A DNA stretch of 64,000 nt, from assembly GCF_964355755.1 (NCBI RefSeq), contig NC_092671.1, forward strand, positions 23,324,070 through 23,388,069. The letters run 5' to 3'. Source of the stretch: Antedon mediterranea. Its lineage: Eukaryota > Animalia > Echinodermata. The notes below the pieces were generated by a model. The model saw only the letters and a program-made list of their open reading frames with translations, was not told the DNA's origin and searched no databases. Positions 38,880 through 50,955 of this stretch are shown piece by piece. Positions within the stretch are counted from its first letter, which is position 1, and every line of letters begins with the position of its first letter. Made by a program: the position numbers and the translations under genes.

Positions 38880-40289
38880 GGCCCTGTTCAGACCCATGGC
38901 GTTAGACCGTTTTAGCGTACAACGTTACTATCAAGGTCACGTTACAAACCGCAGAGAAAAAAACGAGGTGTTCAGACCCATAGCGTACGATTATCGTTAC
39001 AACGGAAGTACGTCATCCAGGTTGTTTCTAGTTGCATATTCATGTGCTCTTACCCACGTGTTTTCATCATTATTTCCACTGTATATAGGCCTAGATCTCA
39101 GCCCTACAATTATGACAAAATTTGCCGTAAATAAAACATACCTCAGCATTTATTTAAGAAAAATATAGTAAAGCCAAATTTCTGTTTCTATTGTTTTTAT
39201 TTTGTAGTAAAAAACATTTTCCCCAGGCTCTTGTGTTACGAAAATAAAGCAGGCCTCGTAATGATGAAGAAAAAAATGATTGTGATTAGTCTATCCAGTC
39301 CAGTCAAAGATATATATTCTTTGGTCCATTCGGTTGAAAATAACCCTTAACTTGCTAATAAAAGGGACACAGCTCCCCTTGTTTGTTTACCGATTTTTTT
39401 TAGGAGTTAGGGGGTTTTCAGCATTAAACTTGTCCAGTCTAGTCTGCCTTGTATGAATGAGTGACTTGATGTCCCACGCTAGTTTTTAGCTTGAATGAAA
39501 TGCGTGAATGGCTCTAGGCCTACTAGGCCTAAAAGCGGATGGGATCGTAGTCCCTATGTTTAAATACAAGGTGCATGTATTTATGTCATTTGTTAGAAAA
39601 TATAATGGTAATCAGTTGATAATAGTTTGTAGCCTTTGTAACAGTTGTATTTGTAGTGTAGTTAGGCCTTATTTATTCTGGCCTTTTTGTTATTGAAATC
39701 CATCTCACACATTGACGATACAAGATGTCAGCCTAGGTCAAACCTTGTTTCGCGTCATAACAGGAAACGTTCTGATTGGATACAACGTTGACTTACAGTA
39801 GCGTCGTACGCTAAAACGGTACTATCATCCGTTTTCCACTACAACGCTACAACCGTTGTACGACGCGTTGTACGCTAATCCCCAACTGTTCAGACACACA
39901 TTCTTTTAGCGTCGTACGCTAAAACGGTCTAACGCCATGGGTCTGAACAGGGCCACGGTCTAACGCCATGGGTCTGAACAGGGCCAGGCCCTGTTCAGAC
40001 CCATGGCGTTAGACCGTTTTAGCAGAGGTATGTTTTATTTACGGCAAATTTTGTCATAATTGTAGGGCTGAGATCTAGGCCTATATACAGTGGAAATAAT
40101 GATGAAAACACGTGGGTAAGAGCACATGAATATGCAACTAGAAACAACCTGGATGACGTACTTCCGTTGTAACGATAATCGTACGCTATGGGTCTGAACA
40201 CCTCGTTTTTTTCTCTGCGGTTTGTAACGTGACCTTGATAGTAACGTTGTACGCTAAAACGGTCTAACGCCATGGGTCTGAACAGGGCC
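38880..40289. mobile_element. PIF/Harbinger-like MITE, rearranged (five TIR copies)
   Basis: TIR ggccctgttcagacccatggcgttagaccg, TSD TAA at 38877-38879 and 40290-40292. Confidence 0.82.
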
Positions 40290-43200
40290 TAAGGTGAACT
40301 TATCTTAAACCCGGAAATTACTTTGACCGGGAAGAATTGAAATTGAGAGGAAAATCCAATGTTGAAATCATAAATGTTGTTAAAAAACTCTTTATAATAT
40401 CTTCCTAAGATATAAATATGGAACAATAGCGTCGGCGTGCACACTAATGTTATCAAATCTACGTTTCGCGGTACATCTCGGATAGATAAGGTAGGTATCC
40501 AAGGCGGAGATTTGTACCGAAGTTTTTGCATTGTGCTCGCCTATGTCAGAATTAACCATAATTTATATATAGATACAGCCAGTAACCTCGATGTCTTTGC
40601 TCAATTGTGCTTTTACAGTGTGTCGGTAGTTACACTGCATGTAAAATATTCGACCTGGGTTCAGTTAGAGATAACGATATTTAATTTGGTCCAGTGTTAT
40701 TAGTGTAACAATTTTAAATTTGACTTGGGCAGTTATAGTAAAATAATGTGCAATAATTGATACATTATGGATAAGTAACGATATTTAATTTGGTCCTGAG
40801 TATGTTGCAGATATCACTGTCTAATGTTAGTACAGTAACAATTTTAAATTTGACTTGGGCAGTTATAGTAAAATAATGTGCAGTAATCAATACAGTAGTC
40901 GATCCATTATGGATAAGTAACGATATTTAATTCGATTCAGTTTGTTGCGTTTTATCAGATATCACTTTTTTATGTTAGTTAGTGAAATAATGTCCAATAA
41001 TCAATACAGTAGTTGATCCATTGTGGATAAGTAACGATATTTAATTTGGTTCAGTATTATTATATTAATTAATGTTGCCTTTTATCAGATATCACTGTCT
41101 AATGTTAGTACAGTAACAATTAAAAGTTTGACTTTGGTTCAGTTAAAGTAAAACAATGTGCAGTAATCGATACAGTACCGGTAGTTGATCCATTATGGAC
41201 AAGTAACAATGTTTAAAATGTTGGCAGATTAAGTTTTTTGTTGGTTTTTATCAGTCTAATTCACATGAAAACGGTTACTTTTTTAAAATTTAAATTGAGT
41301 TAAAAATACAGTAATAGTGTGCAATCGATAGTCTAATCTATACCTTACAAATTCTCTAAGTGATTATGTTGAATTCGAACTATTATTTACTTTACTATTA
41401 TGTTATGTTATGTTAAAAAATGTTGCAAATTTAAATTTCGTTGCCTTCTTTCATATAGACATATCACTATTAAACTAATTAAAAACAATATTTAAATCGA
41501 GTTACAATAATAATGTACAATAATAGGTACCGGTGTCGATCATTATGAGTGTAATTTATGATTTATAATTTATTGTCAGTCCGAGTCCGTATCACGTATT
41601 TCTAACTCAGCTGAACGCCATAAGACGACATACGCGCCGATTAGCCTATATAGCCGAATAGGGGGAAACTGCGGACCTTTAGGGCTGCTGTCTGAGCTTA
41701 TGTACAGAATAAAGTTGCTGTCATTGGTGTTTTTGTCATCCCCAATATGTACTGCTGCCATTAAAACAAGATTCAACCTTGTATCGCTTCACATGAATAA
41801 ACCCATTTGGGCGTGGCCCTCAAATGTTGCTGTTTGCCGCCCCGTACAGGATAAAGTTGCTGTCATTGGTGATGTAATCATTAGTAGCCCACTGCGAATG
41901 ATATCCAAAAAAGTTTATCCTTGTATCGCTTCACATGAATAAATGCATTTTTACCCCCCTATGTTATGATCCCACAGGCCCTATGTACAGGCTGTGACCC
42001 GGCAGCAATGTCGAATATTGCATCTCATCCTAATACGCACCTAACTACATCATCAAACCTTTTGTATCTTTTCACATGATCTTCCGGGCTTACCAACTTT
42101 GCAACCAGAGCTTTTCAAGCTAATGTGTGGGTTAAAGTCAAATGGATTTCCGGACGTTAATAGTGTGTGTGACATAGATGTCCGAGGCAAGATAGCAAAG
42201 GCAAGTGATTTTTGTTTACCATTCTAACAAGGCATCAAATAACTTATGGGAATATTTGTTATGTTAAAATATTCTATACGTTACCTGCCGGACTTTTATA
42301 TTTATAACATTTTTAAATGGGACAAGAAATGTTATTAATTTAACTTTTACTATTAAAATAGCTAAAGTTAAATTAATACAATTTTTCTTTTACATTTTTT
42401 TAACATAAATTTTGTTATTTACGGTCTGATTATTTTTTAAAACACGTAGGCCTACAGTAACCTCAATCAACTTATTTAACCCAAACCTAATAGGCCTATA
42501 ATACACGCGGCAAAACGTGTAGACCTACATTGTCTTTTATCACACGTTTAGGCCTAATAGGCTTACGATGAATTTGTATTTAATTTTTGTATATTTGTAA
42601 AGTATTTGATTACAGTATCTTTTTATCCAGATTGCAAATTGCCAAACGACGGATGAGTACCGTACTATTTCACATGAATTATCGGATTGGGCGGCAGATC
42701 AAGGAGTCATGACGTTGTATAACTGGGATTTCAATCAAAAACAACAAGTCGTGTCAAGTCTGTTAAAGCATTTTTTGTTTTACAGGTAACGTGGCCTAAT
42801 AATGATAATATATTTTAAGCACATGGTTATTCAGTGTTAGACGCGGGTAAACTAGATATAGATATTACACTGGCAAATAGGCCTCCATGGGTTACGTCAT
42901 GTAAACAATTAGTTACTAGCCCTTTTTAATCCAAGAAATAGTACGGTATCATTATGCATATTTCCTTAAGGTAAATCACAAGGGTTAAGTTCAGGACAGG
43001 AGAAACATTTTGGCATTAGCATTTAAAAGCATCGTGAAGGAAAATCCATCGAAATCCATCCAAATGAAATTCTCCTTTGGTTTTTATTTGTCGGTTGACG
43101 GCTGCTCTGGGTGATTCTTCTGTAAAATTGCTGAACTTTAAATCAAGGCTTGGAATTATTGTACAGGTCGTATGAATGTGAACACATTTTATTTTTTAAT

Positions 43201-44836
43201 TGTGATTATAATTTACATGGTGCATTCATTTTCTCCTAATCTAAAACACATACCGGTAGTGAAATCCGACAGTTCACTGAAGGATTGGGAGTACTTTGGG
43301 AAAACGTAAGAGATTACCCAAACCAATTTGTTCCACTTTTACTCTGGAGGGGAAAGGACTGACACGGCAAGTACTAAAGACACTAATGACAGTTGAATAT
43401 TCAGAGGCAGGCTCCAATATACGAAGTCAAGAGGAAGACACAGTGTATTGTCTGGAGGTTTTCTTACAAGAGTCGGAAGGTATTGTATACAGTATTTATA
43501 TCTTTATTTTAATGTAAACTAAAGTAAACTCTAGAGATGGGGCGTTACATGCAGGGGGAGGGGAGGGTGTTGAGATACCCCCCCCCCCTGACAGATTTTA
43601 TACACGGCTGACAAATCCTTCGGGCTGAGAATGAATATCCAAAGTAAAATTAAATACCCCCAAACAGGGCTCGAAACGAAACGATACAATACCGTATTTC
43701 CTTACAGTTATATAATATAGCCCTTCGAGAGAGAAACAAGGTTGTGTGTATTCACGAACAAACTTTACCTTGAAGAACTATACCGCTATACCCTATTTGT
43801 TATTCCTTGTACCAAAACGAAAGTATGCCAATAAGAGCGATGAAAGGTAGACGAAAAAAGTATACATATTTTATTTCATAATGTTTAACATTTTTATTTT
43901 TATGCATTTTAGATAAAAAGACCAAGACATCCCTTGGAGACTTCCTAACATTTGTTACTGGTGCTGACTCAATTCCCCCTCTTGGTTTTAGCAACCAGAT
44001 ACATATAATTTTTTTTAGTAAGGAGCGAAAGATGAGAGGTTACCCGACAGCCAGTACATGTGGGTTGGATTTACACCTCCCCCGTGGATATGACGATCCA
44101 CTGGAATTCACAACTCTAATGGAGGAAGCCATCATAAATGGCAAGGGTTTTGGAAAACTTTAAAGATGTATTGTCCCCCAAAATCATGAAGAATAAAGAT
44201 TTTTTTAAATCGAACTTTGAATAGGCCATTTTGCAGTTTTAATGAAGTTGTTTCCATAAGAAAAAAAAACGAGAAAAAAAAATTATTTCACATATAGAAA
44301 GACAAAACAGTTAAACAGTTAAATTACCCCAAAACTCATTGTCTTCCAGCCAATTCGACCATTCATTTGATTTAAATTACAGTTTTCTTAGGTAAATAAT
44401 TTGTTTTCAGACCCATTTTTTGTGAAAGTGAATAACTATTATGTGACATTAAAATAACATATTCAACAAAACAATTAAAAAAATATTTTTTCAGGGGAAC
44501 AGTATATCTTTAAATTATGATCAAGTTTTAGTAGCCAACAGTTTTGTAATTGTTTCAGAAATAAAATACTGTTATTAAAGTTTCAATAAACAAAATCTTG
44601 TTGTTAAATTACATCTGTTGTACTCTATTGTACAGCTACATAACACAATTCTGTCTGATCATCACCAACTGAACATAATAATATAAATATAATTGTTTAT
44701 ATTGTATTCATTACATGTGTTCGTTGCAATTGTTCTAACTTTGTATTGGAAATAATATCACAGCGACAATTAATTAATAAAAAAAACCGATTTATAACAT
44801 GATAATGTGATATCACGTGCTTGCTGTGGCATTTGA

Positions 44837-46188
44837 TCAGATGACGTCAAGAAACATATTTCTAAGACTGCTGTATAACTGCAAACCTTCATCACATGTT
44901 TTCGGCATCGATAGCTGCCTTTCTTCGAAGAATATGGAACATAAGTCGAACACGTCCTTATCGCATGGAATCTGGCTTTTGAAGATGGATTCACTTTCAC
45001 AAACTTCAACTTTAGCCACATCAACGGGAATAATACACTCTTGTCCCTCGAATAAGTATGGTACATTGTACATCAATGTCGGGCGTCCAAACGAACCATG
45101 GCTATTTCTAGATTTTGAGATGCGATGGGCATTCCACTCATTTGCAACCGTGTCCAGTTCATCCTTTAAAAAAAGGCAAATATAATACAGTACAGTAAAA
45201 ACAAATAGTTTAATGACAGTTTAGACCGTGAAAAAAAAAACAATATCGTAAATAAAAGAGGAGTGGTTTAATTCTAGGCTTGCTTTTCAAATTGTTGCGA
45301 AAGCCCAAATTATTATTATAATTGTCGTACTTGGGGACTATAATGCATAGCACACAATGTAATTGCTGTACTGCTTACCTGGATAATTTTCATAAAACAA
45401 AATTGTAATAAAGACTTGTCTATAAGACCTCCATCATATCTACCGTCATTCTTTAGTTGTTTAAAGGCGTCCATCCAAAACTGAGTAAAGTGTTTTCTGA
45501 GAATGCCCCACCAACTCTCAATTCGTTGATTATGTTAACTTGTTCCTTGTATAAAACTGCTGTTCTCATTACAAAGAAATTGTTGCATTGGACCAACAAT
45601 AGAATTTTCAGTTCCGAAATCTGTTCTAATAGACTTTGGACAACCCATTTTTTGGCGAACAGAATTTACGTAATAGCCGGCTATAACTTTTGGATTGCTG
45701 CTAGTAAGCTTCTAGCCATATAATGTGTCTAGAGAATCCGTCTATACAGCCATAATTTATACAAATGCCGTATGGCTTAAGTTTGTCGTACGAGTCGATA
45801 TGCCAGATATAGTTTGGGCCAGGTACATGATAAATTCTTCTGTGTAGTCGTAGTCTCCTTCTTGCTTCGACACCCTCTGGGTCAAGAAGGTTTAAAATTA
45901 TTCTGACCGTCTCTTTATCTATGTTTAATCCATTTTGTGTGCAACGAATGTGCATCCACCTGTACCCATGTAGCATCTGACGTCTGTAATTGGCTTTCAA
46001 TGAACGCAGCGACTTCCAGTTCGTCAGAATGCCGTTTTCTTCGACTAAGGCACATTTTTTTCAGCCTTCGCTTTAATGTCCGTTTACTTATCAAAATATC
46101 ATGATCTTCTGCTAACATTTAAATAATCTCTTGATAATTTAAGCTACGATAGAAATACTGTATTAATCCAATGGTTTTCAGGACGCAT
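44837..46188 (-). pseudogene. IS3/integrase-core DDE transposase with N-terminal HTH, one intron (45164-45378)
   Basis: ISKRTLKRRL, HGYRWMH, WHIDSYDKLKPYG, CIDGFSR, IRTDFGTEN, HNQRIESWW, WNAHRI..GRP; GT-AG intron; stops and frameshifts. Confidence 0.88.
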
Positions 46189-46243
46189 GATGACCAGATT
46201 GCATTAGCCGGGATGGTTGGGATGTCTTTAGAAAGGGCAGAGG

Positions 46244-46720
46244 TCGAATTATTAATTCGAAATAACGAATTACTAATTTGAAATTTCTAATTATTAATTC
46301 GAAATTTCGAATTATTAATTCGAAATAACGAATTAAAAATTTGAATTAACGAATTACTAATTTGAAATTTCGAATTACTAATTTGAAATTTCGAATTATT
46401 AATTCAAAATTTCGAATTGTTAATTCGAAATAACGAATTACTAATTCGAAATTTCGAATTATTAATTCGAAATTTCGAATTATTAATTCGAAATAACGAA
46501 TTACTATTCGAAATAACGAATTACTAATTCGAAATTTCGAATTAATAATTCGAAATTTCGAATTAATAATTTGAAATAACGAAATAAATAATTCGAAATT
46601 TCGAATTAATAATTCGAAATTTCGAATTATTAATTCGAAATTTCAAATTACTTAAATAAATTCGAAATAACGAATTAATAATTCGAAAAAACGAATTAAG
46701 AATTCGTTATTTCGAATTTG
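46244..46720. repeat. Palindromic ~21-bp array (ttcgaaatttcgaattattaa), subterminal
   Basis: Over 20 units between the transposase start and the candidate terminus. Confidence 0.92.
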
Positions 46721-47049
46721 TGAAAGCAATATTATTTTGTTGTTGGCCCTAATAGGCTTTCGTATTTTTCCGTAGTTTTATGACTAATTAGACGTTTATG
46801 TGTATAAAAATAGGTTTTTATTGATAATAAGACAATAAATAAGCCAAATGTACTTTAATTAATCATTACGCGGACCAGGCTACTTTAGCGTTACGTTTGG
46901 CATCCACTGAATCAGTGGATGACCTATCCCCTCAACATGTCAATTAAATTGAAATTGAAATTATATTTATTTGCAATTATCATGTATTTTGTTCTATTTT
47001 ACATTGTATAAAATTGTTATAAAACGATGACAACATTAAAATACAATAA

Positions 47050-50000
47050 CAGGAAAAACAGTGGCAGGATACAAAAACAGTTTCTGGGTACAAGACCTTT
47101 GTTAAAAAAAAAAATTGTTTTGTACAAAAACATTGACTGGGTACAAAAACGGTGGCAGGGTATAAAAACAGTGGCAGGGTACAAAATCGATGGCAGCTGG
47201 GTACAAAAACAGTAGCAGGGTACAAAAACAGTGGCAGGGTACAAAAACGGTGACAGGGTACAAAATAGATGGCAGGGTACAAAAACGATGGCAGCTGGGT
47301 ACAAAAACAGTGGCAGGGTACAAAAACGGTTGCAGGGTACAAAAACGGTGGCAGTGTAAAAAAACACAGCGTCACTGATTTTATACAATAGTTCGCGGGA
47401 AATCTGATTGCTGACCTTATACAGGAATAAATACTTAGTGGTTGTGATATTCCATTTATGAAATTTAATGGGAAAGTTATATCTTTCACAAAATGACTTA
47501 AAATATCTTTGTATGTCAGGCAGTGTTTTAAAGGCTGGACGCCCCTGGTGGAAGGGTACAAAATCGATGGCAGCTGGGTACAAAAACAGTAGCAGGGTAC
47601 AAAAACGGTGGCAGGGTACAAAAACGGTGACAGGGTACAAAATAGATGGCATCTGGGTACAAAAACAGTGGCAGGGTACAAAAACAGTGGCAGGGTACAA
47701 AAACAGTGGCATGGTACAAAAACAGTGGCAGGGTACAAAAACGGTGGCAGGGTACAAAAACGGTGGCAGGGTACAAAAATGATGGCAGATGGGTACAAAA
47801 ACAGTGGCAGGGTACAAAAATAGTGGCAGGGTACAAAAACGGTGGCAGGGTACAAAAACGATGGCAGCTGGGTACAAAAACAGTGGCAGGGTACAAAAAC
47901 GGTGGCAGGGTACAACATCGATGGCAGTTGGGTACAAAAAATGAGCAGGGTACAAAAACAGTGGAGGGTACAAAAACGGTGGCAGGGTACAAAAACGGTG
48001 GCAGTGTACAAAAATGATAGCAGCTGGGTACAAAAACAGTGGCAGGGTACAAAAACGATGGCAGGATACAAAAATGGTGGCAGGGTACAAAAACAGTGGC
48101 AGGGTACAAAAACGGTGGCAGGGTACAAAAACGATGGCAGCTGGGTACAAAAACGATGGCAGCTGGGTACAAAAACAGTGGCAGCTGGGTACAAAAACAG
48201 TGGCAGCTGGGTACAAAAACAGTGTCAGGGTACAAAAACGGTGGCAGGGTACAAAAACGGTGGCAGTGTACAAAAACAGCGTCACTGATTTTATACAACA
48301 GTTCGCAGGAAATCTGATTGCTGACCTTATACAGGAATAAATACTTAGTGGTTGTGATATTCCATTTATGAAATTTAATGGGAAATTATATCTTTCACAA
48401 AATGACTTAAAATATCTTTGTATGTCAGGCAGTGTTTTAAAGGCTGGACGCCCCTGGTGGAAGGGTACAAAATCGATGGCAGCTGGGTACAAAAACAGTA
48501 GCAGGGTACAAAAACGGTGACAGGGTACAAAAACGGTGACAGGGTACAAAATAGATGGCAGCTGGGTACAAAAACAGTAGCAGGGTACAAAAACGGTGGC
48601 CGGGTACAAAAACGGTGGCAGGGTACAAAAACGATGGCAGATGGGTACAAAAACAGTGGCAGGGTACAAAAATAGTGGCAGGGTACAAAAACGGTGGCAG
48701 GGTACAAAAACGGGGGAAGAGTACAAAAACGATGGCAGCTGGGTACAAAAACAGTGGCAGGGTACAAAAACGGTGGCAGGGTACAACATCAATGGCAGTT
48801 GGGTACAAAAAAATGAGCAAGGTACAAAAACAGTGGAAGGGTACAAAATCGATGGCAGCTGGGTACAAAAACAGTAGCAGGGTACAAAAACGGTGGCAGG
48901 GTACAAAAACGGTGACAGGGTACAAAATAGATGGCAGCTGGATACAAAAACAGTGGCAGGGTACAAAAACGGTGGCAGGGTACAAAAACGATGGCAGATG
49001 GGTACAAAAACAGTGGCAGGGTACAAAAACAGTGGCAGGGTACAAAAACGATGGCAGGATACAAAAATGGTGGCAGGGTACAAAAACAGTGGCAGGGTAC
49101 AAAAACGGTGGCAGGGTACAAAAACGATGGCAGATGGGTACAAAAACAGTGGCAGGGTACAAAAACAGTGGCAGGGTACACAAATAGTGGCAGGGTACAA
49201 AAACGGTGGCAGGGTACAAAAACGATGGCAGGGTACAAAAACGATGGCAGATGGGTACAAAAACAGTGGCAGGGTACAAAAACAGTGGCAGGGTACAAAA
49301 ACGGTGGCAGGGTACAAAAACGATGGCAGATGGGTACAAAAACAGTGGCAGGGTACAAAAACAGTGGCAGGGTACAAAAACGGTGGCAGAGTACAACATC
49401 GATGGCAGTTGGGTACAAAAAAATGAGCAGGGTACAAAAACAGTGGAGGGTACAAACACGGTGGAAGGGTACAAAAACGGTGGCAGTGTACAAAAACGAT
49501 AGCAGCTGGGTACAAAAACAGTGGCAGGGTATAAAAACGGTGGCATGATACAAAAATGGTGGCAGGGTACAAAAACAGTGGCAGGGTACAAAAACGGTGG
49601 CAGGGTACAAAAACGATGGCAGCTGGGTACAAAAACGATGGCAGCTGGGTACAAACACAGTGGCAGCTGGGTACAAAAACAGTGGCAGGGTACAAAAACG
49701 GTTGCAGGGTACAAAAACGGTGGCAGTGTACAAAAACAGCGTCACTGATTTTATACAATAGTTCGCGGGAAATCTGATTGCTGACCTTATACAGCAATAA
49801 ATACTTAGTGGTTGTGATATTCCATTTATGAATAATGGGAAATTATATCTTTCACAAAATGACTTAAAATATCTTTATATGTCAGGCAGTGTTTTAAAGG
49901 CTGGACGCCCCTGGTGGAAGGGTACAAAATCGAAGGCAGCTGGGTACAAAAACAGTAGCAGGGTACAAAAACAGTGGCAGGGTACAAAAACAGAGACAGG

Positions 50001-50310
50001 GTACAAAAACAGTGGCAGGGTACAAACACGTGGCAGCTGGGTACAAAAACTGGGGCATGGTACAAAAACAGTAGCAGGGTACAAAAACGGTGGCAGGGTA
50101 CAAAAACAGTGGCAGGGAACAAAAACGGTGTCAGGGTACAAAAACAATAAAGACGGTACGACCAAGCAGTGGTCTAGGATACAAAAACTTGTGTTGTATA
50201 CAAAGTAGTCTGGGAAAAAAAGAAGATTGCAGGGATACAAAAACGGTGGCAAGGATACAAAACAGTGGCAGGGTACACACAATTGTGTTGTACTAAAACA
50301 GTGGCAGGGT
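47050..50310. repeat. 19/23-bp minisatellite with three copies of a ~183-bp spacer
   Basis: gggtacaaaaacagtggca units; spacer at ~47369-47552, 48279-48461, 49739-49919. Confidence 0.96.
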
Positions 50311-50955
50311 AAAAAACATACACACTTAGGCCTATTTGTAGCATTTACGAAAAAAAGTATCAGAGTAACATCAGGAGAGCTAAACAAATGAAGGAAAGGG
50401 TCAGAACATTTGACTCTGGCAGATAACAGATAACATACTTTTCAAGAGTGATAAGAAAAAAGGAAACATATTATATTCAATTTGTATATCTTTCATTTTT
50501 AATTTAAGATAATTATTTACATGATGATAAAACTGTTTAATGTGTATTAATTTAAATTGGTTATTGTTATGTTTATTTTAGGGTTTTTTCATAAGTCATT
50601 CATTTTTTTCCATTAAAACTTAAAAATTGGCTATTTGTAGTTTATTGTATTAATCTTTATGGTTTATTTTACATCATTTATATCTCAATGTATATTGCAT
50701 TATTGTTCTTATCTTTGATAAAATATTAATATTATGTACTGTAGTAGGCCTATACACATTTAAAAAATGCTCAACAAAGTCTCAAACCACATAAAATCTA
50801 AAAGTTGAAACTGAATATTTAATGGCCCTTGAGAATTCTAGGTAGCCTGCGCAAAGGTCATCAAGGCCAAACTTAAGAGGATGACGCTCTTCCATGCGAA
50901 TCATCTCAGGTTAGACCAACCTCCAGTGGGCAGGACTTTGTAGTTAGAACTTGTG

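Larger units (their letters stand above)
34274..42089. mobile_element. 7.8-kb fold-back insertion with 1.4-2 kb inverted arms inside a HECT exon
   Basis: 34274-36320 mirrors 40670-42089 (the right arm lacks ~34780-35170); arms carry ~120-bp tandem units and repeated ttcatgtgaagcgatacaagg. Confidence 0.85.
34119..44163 (+). pseudogene. HECT-domain E3 ubiquitin ligase (G2E3-like), spliced, disrupted
   Basis: Exons ~34119-34273 joined to 42090-42200, then 42631-42785, ~43252-43480, 43913-44163: YAMAGSFVAWSLLH..PGLPTLQPELFKLM, EIRQFTEGL, YSEAGSNIRSQEEDTV, FLTFVTGADSIPPLGF, TASTCGLDLHLP..FTTLMEEAIINGKGFGKL*; frameshifts and a 7.8-kb insertion. Confidence 0.85.
34053..46764. mobile_element. Truncated two-gene DNA transposon (IS3EU-like): HECT ligase gene + DDE transposase, tail-to-tail
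   Basis: Convergent genes ~670 bp apart, subterminal repeat array and a candidate terminus ...ggccctaataggctttcgta at 46764; left end not found. Confidence 0.65.

Noticed and set aside
38755-40273. Two identical ORFs on opposite strands (MALDRFSVQRYY...)
   Set aside because: Product of the inverted duplication within the MITE.
46980-50387. Long Cys/Phe/Pro-rich ORFs (up to 926 aa)
   Set aside because: Translations of a stop-poor 19/23-bp minisatellite, open in several frames on both strands.
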